Shown here piece by piece: positions 1-10,681 of a stretch of DNA of 64,000 nucleotides. Source of the DNA: Escherichia coli (GTDB lineage Bacteria > Pseudomonadota > Gammaproteobacteria > Enterobacterales > Enterobacteriaceae). The DNA lies in assembly GCF_013315695.1 (NCBI RefSeq), contig NZ_CP054353.1, one strand, 5' to 3'. Within the stretch, counting starts at the first letter, position 1, and every line of letters starts with the position of its first letter. The notes beneath the pieces are model-generated. The model saw nothing but the letters and a program-made list of their open reading frames with translations, searched no databases and was not told the DNA's origin. The translations under genes were made by a program, and so were the position numbers.

Positions 1-1
1 A

Positions 2-2632
2 GGTTCCGGCAGGGCGATGACATGCCGCATGGTTATTGTCATCAGCGATGTAAGCGCGGTGAAGGTGTCTGTGGACACCACGACGATTATGGCAACCCAG
101 GATTACGTTGATGATAAAATCGCTGAGCATGAGCAGTCGCGCCGACATCCCGATGCCACCCTGACCCAGAAAGGCTTCACCCAACTGGACAGCTCGGTAA
201 ACAGTAGCAGTGAGGCGAAAGCTGCAACACCAAAAGCAGTAAAAACACTGAACGATACAAAGGCCCCGCTGAACAGCCCTAAGCTGACCGGAACACCGAC
301 TGCCCCCACGGCAGCAAAAGGGGTCAACAACACCCAGATAGCGACAACCGCTTACGTGATGGCAGCAATCGCTAATTTAGTGGACTCATCACCGGACGCC
401 CTGAATACGCTGAACGAGCTGGCGCAGGCGCTGGGAGATGACCCAAACTTTTCTGCCACCATGACAAAGGCACTGGCCGGAAAGCAACCCCTTGACGCCA
501 CGCTGACAGCAATAGCAGCACTGGCTACAGCAGCTGATAAACTGCCTTACTTCACCGGAAGCGACAAGGCAGCACTGACAGCGCTGACGAAAGTTGGCCG
601 GGACATTCTCGGGAAGGCATCCGTCAGTGAGGTCATTACATACCTGGGCCTCACTAACACCATCACGCAGGCATCGGGCGCACTTCAGAAAGCACAGAAC
701 GGTAAAGACATCCCGAATAAAGCAACTTTTCTGACGAACATTGGCGTTACCAGCCAGACATTCATGAAGCACAACGGAGAACTGCCCGAAGATGCGGACC
801 TGAATACCTATGGCCCGGTTGCGGCAACACTGGGAACATGGGGAAAAGCCTCATCAACCAATGCAACGATCGCTAAAAATTTCCCGGAAGAGAGCGCTGT
901 GGGGATACTGGAAGTCCTTACTGGCGGATCATTTAACGGAACGCAAAGGTACACCTGCCGCAGCGGGAATATTTATGTTCGGACCCTGACCGCCAGATGG
1001 AACGGTACAAACGGACCATGGGGAGTGTGGCGAAACGTACAGATGGCGACCAGGCCACTTAGCACAACCATTGATCTGAATACCCTGGGGAATGCAGGTG
1101 ATATCGGCATATGGAGGAACAGTAACGCCAGTATTGCTTCATTCACCAGAAACTACCCCGAAGAAGGCAATAATGCCCAGGGGATTCTCGAGCTTATGGA
1201 AGGGGGTGCGTATGGGCGAACCCAGCGCTACACGACCATTCTCGGGAACGTGTATATTCGCACCCTTACAACAACATGGGACGCGTCCGCGCCGAAATGG
1301 GGAGGGTGGCACAGAGTCGGACATCAGTCTGACGGGGCATATCGTGATGATGACCTGAACACCATGAAAACGCCGGGCATTTACAGTGTGACCAACAAGG
1401 CAAAAAACGGCCCCATGAAGAGCGGAAATGAAAATTTGCTGGGGATCCTTGAAGTCATAAGGCGACTGGATGGCAGAACCTTTGTGCAGCGTTACACCAC
1501 AGCCGGAACGGCGACACTGACCCGGGGGCGATCTTTTGAAAGAACCTTCAGCGGTGACGCCTGGACAGAATGGCGGGAAATCTATAACTCATTCAGTCTT
1601 GCCCAGAGTCTGGGGATGGGTCGTGCGGTAGCAAGACTATCCAGCCTGGACTGGCAGACCTACGACTTTGTACCTGGCAGTTTGATCACCGTTCGGCTGG
1701 ATGACATGACCAACATTCCTGACAGCATGGACTGGGGGGTTATCGATGGCAACATAATAAATATTGCCGTTGGCCCGAGTGAGGATTCAGGTTCTGGCAG
1801 GTCAGTAATGGTATGGCGCGGTACAGTAAGTAAAGCGAACTACCGTTTCTTTATGGCACGAATTGCCGGGAATCCGGGAAATCGCACGATCACAACAAGA
1901 CGAGTACCAATTATTGATGAAGCCCAGACGTGGGGGGCAAAACAGATATTCAGTTCTGGCCTTTCAGGTGAGTTATCCGGCAACGCATCAACTGCAACAA
2001 AACTTAAAACCGCTCGCAAGATTAACGGCGTTGCGTTTGATGGTTCGGCAAATATTGAAGCGTTTCCCCCCGGCGTTCCACTGCCGTGGCCATCAGATAC
2101 ACCACCTGCTGGCTATGCCATTATGCAGGGGCAAACCTTCGACAAGGCAAAATACCCGAAACTTGCCATTGCCTACCCGTCAGGAAAGCTTCCTGATATG
2201 CGGGGATGGACAATCAAGGGGAAACCCGCCAGCGGTCGGGCGGTATTATCGCAGGAGCAGGACGGTATTAAATCGCATACCCATACGGCCAGCGTGTCAA
2301 AGACCGATCTGGGTTCGAAAACGACCAGTTCATTTAATTATGGAACCAAAACAACCAGCACAGGCGGGAGACACGAGCATGATGTTCCGCTCAAGTATCA
2401 GAACGGTGGCGGTGTAAACTTTGACTGGCTGGACGGAGCATCAAACAGTGGTGTTATTGCATACGGTAAAGTACCTGCCGCCGGTGAACACACCCACACC
2501 GTGGCAATCGGGGAGCACACTCATACCGTCCCATTGGGATCACACGGGCACGGCGTGACCGTTAACGCCACAGGCAACACGGAAAACACCGTGAAAAACA
2601 TTGCGTTTAACTACATCGTGAGGCTTGCATAA
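2..2632 (+). CDS. phage tail fibre protein, P2 gpH-like (5' end cut by window edge)
   Basis: 871-aa ORF in frame from window start; collinear with remembered P2 gpH ([42 protein letters not shown] motifs); His-rich fibre C-terminus. Confidence 0.85.
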   Translation, partial: GSGRAMTCRMVIVISDVSAVKVSVDTTTIMATQDYVDDKIAEHEQSRRHPDATLTQKGFTQLDSSVNSSSEAKAATPKAVKTLNDTKAPLNSPKLTGTPTAPTAAKGVNNTQIATTAYVMAAIANLVDSSPDALNTLNELAQALGDDPNFSATMTKALAGKQPLDATLTAIAALATAADKLPYFTGSDKAALTALTKVGRDILGKASVSEVITYLGLTNTITQASGALQKAQNGKDIPNKATFLTNIGVTSQTFMKHNGELPEDADLNTYGPVAATLGTWGKASSTNATIAKNFPEESAVGILEVLTGGSFNGTQRYTCRSGNIYVRTLTARWNGTNGPWGVWRNVQMATRPLSTTIDLNTLGNAGDIGIWRNSNASIASFTRNYPEEGNNAQGILELMEGGAYGRTQRYTTILGNVYIRTLTTTWDASAPKWGGWHRVGHQSDGAYRDDDLNTMKTPGIYSVTNKAKNGPMKSGNENLLGILEVIRRLDGRTFVQRYTTAGTATLTRGRSFERTFSGDAWTEWREIYNSFSLAQSLGMGRAVARLSSLDWQTYDFVPGSLITVRLDDMTNIPDSMDWGVIDGNIINIAVGPSEDSGSGRSVMVWRGTVSKANYRFFMARIAGNPGNRTITTRRVPIIDEAQTWGAKQIFSSGLSGELSGNASTATKLKTARKINGVAFDGSANIEAFPPGVPLPWPSDTPPAGYAIMQGQTFDKAKYPKLAIAYPSGKLPDMRGWTIKGKPASGRAVLSQEQDGIKSHTHTASVSKTDLGSKTTSSFNYGTKTTSTGGRHEHDVPLKYQNGGGVNFDWLDGASNSGVIAYGKVPAAGEHTHTVAIGEHTHTVPLGSHGHGVTVNATGNTENTVKNIAFNYIVRLA

Positions 2633-3378
2633 TGACCTTTACAATGGAAGACGAAGCCAGAATGCTTCACGTATTTCATATTCACCCGGAAACCAGCGAA
2701 CTGACTGGAGAAAGCGACGTATATATCCCACCGTATACCGGGTTGCCCGCAGGCTGTACGACGACCGAGCCGCCACATATCCCGGAAGGGTTCGTGGCGC
2801 TTTTTGATGACGTGCGCCAGCGCTGGGAGCTTGCAGAAGATCACCGGGGAAAAGTGGTGTGGAATACGGCATCCGGGGATGAGATCGCAATTACGGAAAT
2901 CGGACCGCTACCTGAAAATACAACAACGGCAGCCCCGTCAACAGCCGCAGACAAGTTTATTGATGGCGAGTGGAGAGAAGATCGCAGTCTGGCAATCAGC
3001 ATAAAAAATAACGAGATAAACGAATGGCGAAGCACCATGGAAGCCGCGAATTACGTTTTCACGTTCAATGGTCGTAGCTGGGATTACGGAAAAGAAACCC
3101 AGTCCCGGCTGGATCCATCAGTGACAGCCGCAAAGTCCGGGTTATTACCGGAGGGATTTTTCTGGACGGATGCCGATAACAACGATATCCCGGTTACCGC
3201 AGATGAATTGATCGCACTGAGCAATGCTGCATCTGCTGCAATGTTTACCAAGGGAATGGAAATACATATCCGGCAACGGGAAATGAAAAAAGCCATAGAG
3301 GAATTACAGGACCCCGGCGAAATCATGGCATACCCGGTGGGATGGAAAACAGATACCGGAGACGGTGCCGGTGAGTGA
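2632..3378 (+). CDS. tail fibre assembly protein (gpG-like)
   Basis: 248-aa ORF whose ATG overlaps the fibre stop (TAATG); position after the fibre gene as in P2 H-G. Confidence 0.6.
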   Translation: MTFTMEDEARMLHVFHIHPETSELTGESDVYIPPYTGLPAGCTTTEPPHIPEGFVALFDDVRQRWELAEDHRGKVVWNTASGDEIAITEIGPLPENTTTAAPSTAADKFIDGEWREDRSLAISIKNNEINEWRSTMEAANYVFTFNGRSWDYGKETQSRLDPSVTAAKSGLLPEGFFWTDADNNDIPVTADELIALSNAASAAMFTKGMEIHIRQREMKKAIEELQDPGEIMAYPVGWKTDTGDGAGE

Positions 3379-3383
3379 AAGTT

Positions 3384-3408
3384 AAAACGCCCGACTGACG
3401 GGCGTTTT
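3384..3408. terminator. bidirectional rho-independent terminator between convergent G and U
   Basis: hairpin AAAACGCCCG-ACTGA-CGGGCGTTTT with A/T runs on both sides. Confidence 0.5.
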
Positions 3409-3410
3409 AA

Positions 3411-3887
3411 TTATCTTACCAGCGCCAGCGCAGAACTGATGCCGGACTTAATATTATTTGTCAGATCTCCCAGAGATGAAGACTGAAGACGTTCGCGGAG
3501 ATCTTCATTCACACGCTGAAAGGTCACCGTAAACTCAATCTTCCGCGCCTTGCCATAGCGATCAAGCTCTGAACGCGTGGTATTCAGAGCGGTAATAACG
3601 TACATACCGTAAATCTGCCCGACACCATCAATCAGCGGCCATGGACGTCCAGCATACGCCTGAGTTGTCAGCGCGGTAAGTGAGACTTCACCGCCTGTAA
3701 TTTCCGGGTAGAGAAGACCGGAAAGCGTGATGGTATCGTCACCCGCGCCGATATACTGCCAGCTGGCCGAGCGATTGATTCGCTCATTCTTCACGTGGCG
3801 CCAGTTACGGGACTGCTGTATTTGTTGGTGTGGCAGCGTGCTTAACTGAAAAACAAACATGCCGTAAATCATCATCATAATCACCAC
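3411..3887 (-). CDS. phage tail protein, P2 gpU-like
   Basis: 158 aa; resembles remembered gpU (FVFQLSTLPHQ, LYPEITGG, WPLIDG, IYGMYVI); directly downstream of tape measure. Confidence 0.75.
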   Translation of the reverse strand: MVIMMMIYGMFVFQLSTLPHQQIQQSRNWRHVKNERINRSASWQYIGAGDDTITLSGLLYPEITGGEVSLTALTTQAYAGRPWPLIDGVGQIYGMYVITALNTTRSELDRYGKARKIEFTVTFQRVNEDLRERLQSSSLGDLTNNIKSGISSALALVR

Positions 3888-3889
3888 TC

Positions 3890-6748
3890 CTAATCACGAT
3901 CGCGGAAGCTGTTCATCCCGGCGGATTGTCTGCGAATTTCTTCCCGTACAGCCTCCCCCACCATTCTGGCAAGGTCGCGCGGGTTCTGCGTCGCCACGTT
4001 GTGAAGATGAACGTGGATTTCCCCACCGAACACAGACGACGGTTCAGGAGAGCGCGAAGCCTCCCGGGTAGCCGGGGAGACTGGCGCCCACTGCTTAACC
4101 TCCACGGAACGGGAAGCATCCCGGGAGACCTCCGGAGGCACAGGCGAAACCGGAGGCATAACCGGTAGTCCTGGCGCAACAGTCGGCTCATTCCACTGCC
4201 CGCGAACAGCCAGCGCACGGGGGAGGTTTTTAAACACGATATCGCCGGGACCGATACGCTTGCGGGCTTCATGAAGCATGCCCGACGTATTACCCTCGAT
4301 ACCTTTAAGCCTGCGAAGAACGGCGCTGTTACCGCTGGTTATGCCGGGGGGATTGCTGGTTTTACCGTCATTCTGTGGATTACCATTCCCGTTGTTATTA
4401 TTGCTGACAGGAGCGGCCGGAGTGGGTACCCAGGACTTCTGAACCATTTTTTTCTGAACAGGGTCCCACTCCCACATAACCGGAGCCTTTGCAACTGCCT
4501 CAGCACGATTTTTCGCCCGCTCAACTTCAGAAGGGAGCACGCCGAGTTTTTCCAGCACCCATGCCAGGCCGTCCATCAACGCCTGAAGAGGAGTAAGCGC
4601 AAGCGATATCGCCCCGCTGAGCACGCGACCAAAAGTTTCCCCGACCGAGGCACACCGTTCAAGAGATTCATGGCTGGTCTGAACAGGTGTGAGTAACCGC
4701 CTGAACCAGTCATACACCGTGGACACCGCACCCGATACCAGATCAAACAGCGGCGCAAACTGAGCAACACCTTCACGAACAGGCGCAAGGCCAGCCCACA
4801 GCGCCCGGAATGTTCCGAGCATAAAAGCCTTAACCTGTTCCCAGTGACGCCATATGAGCAGCGCTCCACCGGCAAGGGCAGCAACCACGAGACCAACAGG
4901 ACTGAGAAGACCGGCAAGCGCCCCGCCCAGCACTGAAACCGCACCGGATACCATCCCCCACAGTGCCGGAAGGCCAGACAGGCGAAGGGCAAGACCACCA
5001 ACGCCAGTTGCAACAGAGGAAAACCCGCCACCAAGAAGCGCAGAGCCAAGCTGAAGTTTTGCAAAAATACCGGTCAGCACCCCGGAGGTCAGGGACAACG
5101 CCCCAAGGGCTGTCGTGGCCGCAAGAACACCACCGGCAACAATCGCCAGAGTACGCACCAGTTGCGGATTATCCTGAACCCATCCTCTGAGCCGTTCACC
5201 CCATGATACCGCTACCTGAACAAGTTCGCGGAGGTCATCGGTGACAAGGGCAACGACATCACTGCGTATACCGGAGAAGACACCAGACAGGCGATCGGCA
5301 TCACCGCCAAGGTTATCCCGCAGAACATCACCCATACGCCGGGCGGTTCCCTGCACCTGCCCCATACGGTCAGACACCGTTGCCAGCGAGCGGAGAAAAT
5401 CCGGGATCTGATCAACGGCCAGATCTTCGATGGGTGTGCCGAACAGCGCTATCGCCGCATTGGCTCGTTCCGCAGGATCCTGAATCTTCAGCAGCCCGGC
5501 AGCCGTTCGCTGCATTGCCTCGCGAGCAGCCGCGCCTCCGCTGGCAATCGCTGACAACATTTTTTCCGCATTAAGGCCAATCAGCCCATAAGCCTCAACG
5601 CTTGCTTTGGACATATCCGAGCCACGAATACTGAATTCCTTGACGGCATCGCCGGTTTTATCCAGGGCGAATTTCCCCTGCTGCGCCATGCTGACAAGCA
5701 GCGTCATGGTTTCAGAGCCGGAGAGCCCCATATTGCGGAAATGCGTGGAATACTCATGCAGAATTTCAGGAAGTTCGCCGCGCATTTCGGCGGACATTTT
5801 CTGCATGCCTGCCGCCATCAGGTCCACGGCCTCACCTGCATTTGCAGCGAGACCGTTTTTCAGCATGATGCCGGCCGCCTGAACCTGTTCAGCCACATTA
5901 CCGCCGGTGACCTGAGCAAGATCGATTGCCTGCCGTGTCACCCTCTCTAGTTCTTCAGTCCCTACAGTACCCAGTGCGCCAAGCGTGCTTTGCGCCGCAG
6001 CTGCCGCTTCGGAAATCATCGCGATATCCGTAGCCGCACCTGACGCACGGATGTTCTGAATCATACGGCTGTAGCGCTGGCCGTCTTCTGCGCTGCCTCC
6101 ACTCTGTGCCGCAATGAGCGCACCCTGCCGTTGCTCTTCAACAACAGGTGCAACCGCACGTCCGGCGGCGTACAGACCAGCACTGCCCGCTGCCATGGCA
6201 AGCGCACCGCGCTGGCTGAGTTTACCGGCGATATCCTGAACACGATCGTAACGTTGTTGTGCCTGCGTGACGCGCGCAAGCTGAGCCTGCTGGCGCTCAA
6301 GCTGATCGTTGTATTCCTGCGTTCGCCTGATTGCTTCTTCAGTGGTGCGGTTACTTCCGTCCGCCCGTATACCGTGAGACTCCAGCTCACGACCGGCTTC
6401 CCGTAGCCGGGACTGGTGAAGGGCGTAAACGGTATTAAGACGCTCAATCTTTGCAGTCAGTGAGCGGATAGCTTCCTGCTGTTTTTCCGTCAGTGTCGTG
6501 CCAGTACGCTGGACCTCCAGGAGGCGCTGAAGTCGCCCACGCGCCTCGTTCAGGCTGTTTTCAGTCGAGGCAACCTGCTGACGGGCACGGGAAAACGCAT
6601 CACTGCTTCGCTGGAGTGACTTAAGAGCGTTCTGCGTGGAGGAAAGAGATTCGGAAAGCGCGCCGGTCATTTCCCGGGCGCGCCTGACGGGTTGGGTGAG
6701 ACGGTCGACCGCAGTGAGGGCTACACGTATCTGGAGATTATTACTCAT
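3890..6748 (-). CDS. phage tail tape measure protein, P2 gpT-like
   Basis: long helical/Gly-rich ORF; track ORF starts at GTG 6802, ATG start (MSNNLQ) at 6748 overlaps the E' stop. Confidence 0.85.
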   Translation of the reverse strand: MSNNLQIRVALTAVDRLTQPVRRAREMTGALSESLSSTQNALKSLQRSSDAFSRARQQVASTENSLNEARGRLQRLLEVQRTGTTLTEKQQEAIRSLTAKIERLNTVYALHQSRLREAGRELESHGIRADGSNRTTEEAIRRTQEYNDQLERQQAQLARVTQAQQRYDRVQDIAGKLSQRGALAMAAGSAGLYAAGRAVAPVVEEQRQGALIAAQSGGSAEDGQRYSRMIQNIRASGAATDIAMISEAAAAAQSTLGALGTVGTEELERVTRQAIDLAQVTGGNVAEQVQAAGIMLKNGLAANAGEAVDLMAAGMQKMSAEMRGELPEILHEYSTHFRNMGLSGSETMTLLVSMAQQGKFALDKTGDAVKEFSIRGSDMSKASVEAYGLIGLNAEKMLSAIASGGAAAREAMQRTAAGLLKIQDPAERANAAIALFGTPIEDLAVDQIPDFLRSLATVSDRMGQVQGTARRMGDVLRDNLGGDADRLSGVFSGIRSDVVALVTDDLRELVQVAVSWGERLRGWVQDNPQLVRTLAIVAGGVLAATTALGALSLTSGVLTGIFAKLQLGSALLGGGFSSVATGVGGLALRLSGLPALWGMVSGAVSVLGGALAGLLSPVGLVVAALAGGALLIWRHWEQVKAFMLGTFRALWAGLAPVREGVAQFAPLFDLVSGAVSTVYDWFRRLLTPVQTSHESLERCASVGETFGRVLSGAISLALTPLQALMDGLAWVLEKLGVLPSEVERAKNRAEAVAKAPVMWEWDPVQKKMVQKSWVPTPAAPVSNNNNGNGNPQNDGKTSNPPGITSGNSAVLRRLKGIEGNTSGMLHEARKRIGPGDIVFKNLPRALAVRGQWNEPTVAPGLPVMPPVSPVPPEVSRDASRSVEVKQWAPVSPATREASRSPEPSSVFGGEIHVHLHNVATQNPRDLARMVGEAVREEIRRQSAGMNSFRDRD

Positions 6749-6895
6749 CGTTATGATTCCCGGATCTGGCAGCCGCCCGCTCTCGCCAGGCAACAACCTC
6801 ACCAGGACTCATACCGAATATCTCTGCGGGCGACCAGTTAAAGACAACAGCGATATCAGCGACAAGCTCTTCGATATCGTCAAACAGGAGACGAA

Positions 6896-7288
6896 TTACA
6901 TCACACCTGTATTCGTCTTTTTCTTGCCGGGCAAGGCCTTCGGCGAGAAAAAATACGTTGCCGCCGTGGAAAGCGCCCCGAAATCCTCCGTGCGCATGGT
7001 CGACAGTTCCGCTTCAGTAAGGCGGGGCTCTGTAACACGGCTGAGATAAACGCACATCGCGTTAAAGTTCAGGCTGTACAGGTGAGCCAGAGACAGACCA
7101 CGCAGTGAACCACTCTGACGGGCACGTTCGCCAATCTTCACATGTGTAATAACCTGTTCACCACGGACAACCGGAACGGTTAACTCAATGGGCTCACCGT
7201 TATAGGCAACCTCATTACCATCAGCAACATCAAAGTTGTCGACGTTATCAGCACCGGCAACCAGTACTTCGTTTTGTTTTTTTGACAT
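6896..7288 (-). CDS. tail assembly chaperone gpE-like (zero frame); E+E' product predicted by -1 frameshift ending at 6741
   Basis: ATG with AGGAG SD; slippery heptamer T_TTT_TTC at 6947-6953; -1 frame stays open for 68 codons to a TAA overlapping the tape-measure ATG. Confidence 0.7.
   Translation of the reverse strand: MSKKQNEVLVAGADNVDNFDVADGNEVAYNGEPIELTVPVVRGEQVITHVKIGERARQSGSLRGLSLAHLYSLNFNAMCVYLSRVTEPRLTEAELSTMRTEDFGALSTAATYFFSPKALPGKKKTNTGVM
6947..6953 (-). other. programmed -1 ribosomal frameshift slippery site (T TTT TTC) for E/E'
   Basis: X_XXY_YYZ heptamer in frame with the E codons TAT-TTT-TTC; downstream -1 frame is open. Confidence 0.6.
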
Positions 7289-7333
7289 TGTGAAATTCTC
7301 CTGGCGGCCACACGACCGCCGTCAGTCAGTTAA

Positions 7334-7846
7334 TCAGCCAAGTCCCAGCATGGAGCGGGTGCGATCAGGCAGCACATCCTTGCCATCAACGCGCCAGATG
7401 AAGTTCAGCACGTCGATTTCAATAACATCGCTGTTATCAACGCTGAGCTTGTACCAGGTGCATTTCATCGCGTAGGTGTGTTCGGTATCTTCACCCTGTT
7501 TGGCCTCGCCCTTGTCGATTTCGACAATGCGACCACGGGCTTCAATATCGACGTACTCAATCCCTTCTTCGGAATAGTATTCACCCGAGAAGCGCACGCG
7601 TACCGCATCAATGCCAGCGGCATATTTGGCAAAGATGTGACGATCCATACCGCCAACCGCAAAGGAGAGATCCAGCGCACCATCATCAAGACCGAGATCC
7701 ACCGCCGCAGAGCCTGGCATACCCGCACCACGATATGCTTCCGTCTTGCGGGTCAGTTTCGGTGGGGTGAAGGAGGTCACCTTACCCAGTTTGTTGTCAC
7801 CGTCCACAAAGACGGTAAACACACGAAGTTTTTTTGGTACGGCCAT
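7334..7846 (-). CDS. phage tail tube protein, P2 gpFII-like
   Basis: 170 aa; resembles remembered P2 FII (PKLTRK..YRGAGM motif). Confidence 0.85.
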   Translation of the reverse strand: MAVPKKLRVFTVFVDGDNKLGKVTSFTPPKLTRKTEAYRGAGMPGSAAVDLGLDDGALDLSFAVGGMDRHIFAKYAAGIDAVRVRFSGEYYSEEGIEYVDIEARGRIVEIDKGEAKQGEDTEHTYAMKCTWYKLSVDNSDVIEIDVLNFIWRVDGKDVLPDRTRSMLGLG

Positions 7847-9051
7847 CAGCTACCTCCCAGAGATGCAAAAGCAGAGCCAAAGAACTCGTCGGTAAACGTC
7901 TGATAGAGTTCCATGCATTCCATCGGTGGTACGGGCGTGTATTTGTAGCGAATGCGCACAATGCCCTGACGAAGACTGGTCGTGTTGTTGTCGACAATAT
8001 CGAACCAGCATTCCGCCCCAATGAGTTTTCCGGCCGTGACCAGGGAATCCAGTTTCGCCTTGATGGCACTTACTGCATCTTTCGCATTGGAAGGTGTCAG
8101 AGGCGAATCCACCACCTGAAGCTGCGCCTCTGCGATACTGTCAGCCAGTTGTTGCGCCGTGCGGGTGTACACCTCAAAGATATACTCCGCTGTTTCCGGC
8201 GTACGGTTCCCCCAGAAACGGAAGGAGCCGTCACCCTGGTGAATAATCGTGGTCACCTCACTGCTGTTCAGCGTGTTGGCATCGCTGTTTTCATCCTGAA
8301 GCGACCAGGAAACCGACGCAGAGATCCCGAGAACATTCTTCACAGGGATGTTTGAAAGAGAGCGATGCCAGCCCTGTTCGTGGTCGATTCGGGCACGAAG
8401 ACCGCACGCATACGCCGCAGCCGGGAAAGTTTCACTTTTACCGGACACGGGGTTGAACGCCGTGAAATCAGGCCACAGGAGCATGATTTCACGCCCGGAA
8501 ATCTTTTTGCGGAATGCAATGGCATCGGACGGTTTTGTGCATGCCGGACAGCCGGAATACGCAAAAGCTCGCATTTTGCCCGCAATCGTCACCAGTGCCG
8601 CCGTAACGGCATCGGACTCAAGACCGGGCGCTGCCAGGATACGCGGACGACAGCCAATCCCCTCCATCTGTTCAGCGACCAGAAGGGCCTGCATCCCCGT
8701 GTAACTGCCATCAGACTCCACAGTACCAATAACAAGCTGGTCCTGTGTCTTCTGGTCTTCCGCCTCCTTCGCTTCGGCAACACGCACGACGATAACGCGC
8801 GTGCTGACCTGATCGGAGATAGCCTTAAGGGATTTGTAGAGCGTCCCCTTTGTGCCAGCCTTACCCAGAACATTATTGACTCGTGTTAACAGCACCGGCG
8901 TGTCAAGCGGGAACTGCTCTTCGTCAGCATCATCTGCAACAGCAATAAGCCCAATGACGCTGGAATCAACGTCATTAATTGCCGTCACCAGATCGGTGTT
9001 TTCCCTGACGCGCACACCGTGAAATCGTGTTTCAGCCATACGATTCACCAT
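7846..9051 (-). CDS. phage tail sheath protein, P2 gpFI-like
   Basis: 401 aa; strong similarity to remembered P2 FI (LRAFAY, EQGWH..LSN, FWGNRT, YKYTPVPP motifs); start 9051 or 9039. Confidence 0.9.
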   Translation of the reverse strand: MVNRMAETRFHGVRVRENTDLVTAINDVDSSVIGLIAVADDADEEQFPLDTPVLLTRVNNVLGKAGTKGTLYKSLKAISDQVSTRVIVVRVAEAKEAEDQKTQDQLVIGTVESDGSYTGMQALLVAEQMEGIGCRPRILAAPGLESDAVTAALVTIAGKMRAFAYSGCPACTKPSDAIAFRKKISGREIMLLWPDFTAFNPVSGKSETFPAAAYACGLRARIDHEQGWHRSLSNIPVKNVLGISASVSWSLQDENSDANTLNSSEVTTIIHQGDGSFRFWGNRTPETAEYIFEVYTRTAQQLADSIAEAQLQVVDSPLTPSNAKDAVSAIKAKLDSLVTAGKLIGAECWFDIVDNNTTSLRQGIVRIRYKYTPVPPMECMELYQTFTDEFFGSAFASLGGS

Positions 9052-9191
9052 CAGTTGTGTTTATGTTCGCCGGAATCATCCATGACTGGCGCGCAGATCT
9101 CACGCGTTGGGGGGTGTGAGGGGGTTCTTACAACAGAACCGAACGGAAACGACCGGAACTGCGTGGGATGATACGTATACGGGAGGGCTGC

Positions 9192-10337
9192 ATGAACATC
9201 ACTGAATCACTGACACTTCACATCAACAGTGCACTGGATACCGCAGAAGACACAGTGCGGGTACCGGATTTCAGTATCACACTGGAAGGGCGGGATGCCA
9301 GCCTGAAAAACATCACGCAGCGCATCATGCGTCTCACCATGACAGACAACAGGGGATTTGAGGCCGACAGGGTGACACTGGAAATCGACGACGCTGACGG
9401 TGAGGTGGTTCTTCCGGAACGCGGCACCCGATTATCGCTGACCATGGGATGGAAAGGGGGAAGCCTGACAAACAAAGGGACGTTTGTTGTGGATGAAGTG
9501 GCGCACGACGGACCACCGGATAAGCTCACCATCTCCGCGAACAGCGCGGATTTTCGCGAAGAGTTTAACGTGAAACGCGAAGTCTCCTGGCATGACGTGA
9601 CGGTGGAGCGCGTGGTGTCTGCCATTGCCCACCGTTACGGACTGAAGGCACAAATCAGCGAGATGTTGATGGATATTGAAATCGACCATGCAGACCAGAC
9701 AGAGGAAAGTGATATGTCATTCCTCACTCGCATGGCCGACATGCTGGGTGCAATAGCCACCGTAAAAAACGGGTGTCTGCTGTTCATTCTGCCGGGAGGC
9801 GGCGTCACCGCCAGCGGTCGCGCCCTCCCCTCATTCGCCCTGACCCGCTCTGACGGAGACGGCCACCGCTTTCGCATTGCTGACAGAAACGCCTATACCG
9901 GAGTGAAGGCCCACTGGCTGGATTTAAAGTTCGGTCAGAAGAAGGCCGTGAACGTGAAAAAGCGAAACGCGCAAACCACGAAGAAGCCGGAGAAAAGCAG
10001 TGCGCGGGAAGGTGGTTACATGGAAGGCGCAGAGGGTAACGTGTATGTACTGAGAAAAACCTACCCGAACGAAGAAGCCGCGCGTCGTGCAGCTGCCGCA
10101 CGCTGGCAGCAACTTCAGCGGGGCGCAGCGGAATTCAGTATCACGCTGGCGCGCGGACGTGCTGACCTGTATCCGGAGATGCACGGCACGGTATCCGGAT
10201 TCAAGAGCGACATTGACAACCAGGACTGGATTATTTCGCGCATTGAGCACGTCATCGACGACAGCGGCTTCACCACCAGACTGGAGCTGGAAGCAAAAAT
10301 CGCAGACTGGATAGCAGAGAGTAACACGACTGGCTAG
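9192..10337 (+). CDS. phage late control/tail protein gpD-like
   Basis: ATG at 9192 with GGGAGGG SD; length and position before ogr as in P2. Confidence 0.8.
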   Translation: MNITESLTLHINSALDTAEDTVRVPDFSITLEGRDASLKNITQRIMRLTMTDNRGFEADRVTLEIDDADGEVVLPERGTRLSLTMGWKGGSLTNKGTFVVDEVAHDGPPDKLTISANSADFREEFNVKREVSWHDVTVERVVSAIAHRYGLKAQISEMLMDIEIDHADQTEESDMSFLTRMADMLGAIATVKNGCLLFILPGGGVTASGRALPSFALTRSDGDGHRFRIADRNAYTGVKAHWLDLKFGQKKAVNVKKRNAQTTKKPEKSSAREGGYMEGAEGNVYVLRKTYPNEEAARRAAAARWQQLQRGAAEFSITLARGRADLYPEMHGTVSGFKSDIDNQDWIISRIEHVIDDSGFTTRLELEAKIADWIAESNTTG

Positions 10338-10378
10338 AATGAGCGCGAGCCCACCCCGTTTCAGCCAGGGGGACCATC

Positions 10379-10681
10379 ATGCATCCTTGCCCATACTGCG
10401 GAGCAAGCACCCGCACCAGAACAAGCCGCAACGCCAACGACACAGGAACAATCAGGGAGAAATACTATCAGTGCAACAACATTGAATGCAGCGCAACCTT
10501 TGTGACGCACGAGTTTGTCGTGAGAACCGTATGCCGTCCGCAACCCACCGAAGAACGGGGAATCATCCCCACAGACGCTTTCAAATCATGCCACCGGGGA
10601 AGGGAACAACTCAGCCTCCCCCTGGGCGATTGCTCCTCCCAGTCAAAAACTGTACATTACGCGCGGGTGCCTTTCGGCTGA
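10379..10681 (+). CDS. ogr: Ogr/Delta-family zinc-finger late-gene activator
   Basis: N-terminal CPYCG..RTSR...YYQCNNIECSATF zinc-finger pattern typical of P2 Ogr; ORF is longer than the 72 aa of P2 Ogr. Confidence 0.75.
   Translation: MHPCPYCGASTRTRTSRNANDTGTIREKYYQCNNIECSATFVTHEFVVRTVCRPQPTEERGIIPTDAFKSCHRGREQLSLPLGDCSSQSKTVHYARVPFG

Noticed and set aside
3913-6447. Multiple ORFs of 60-160 aa nested inside or antisense to the tape measure gene
   Set aside because: All lie within the well-supported 950-aa tape measure frame; GC-rich antisense artefacts.
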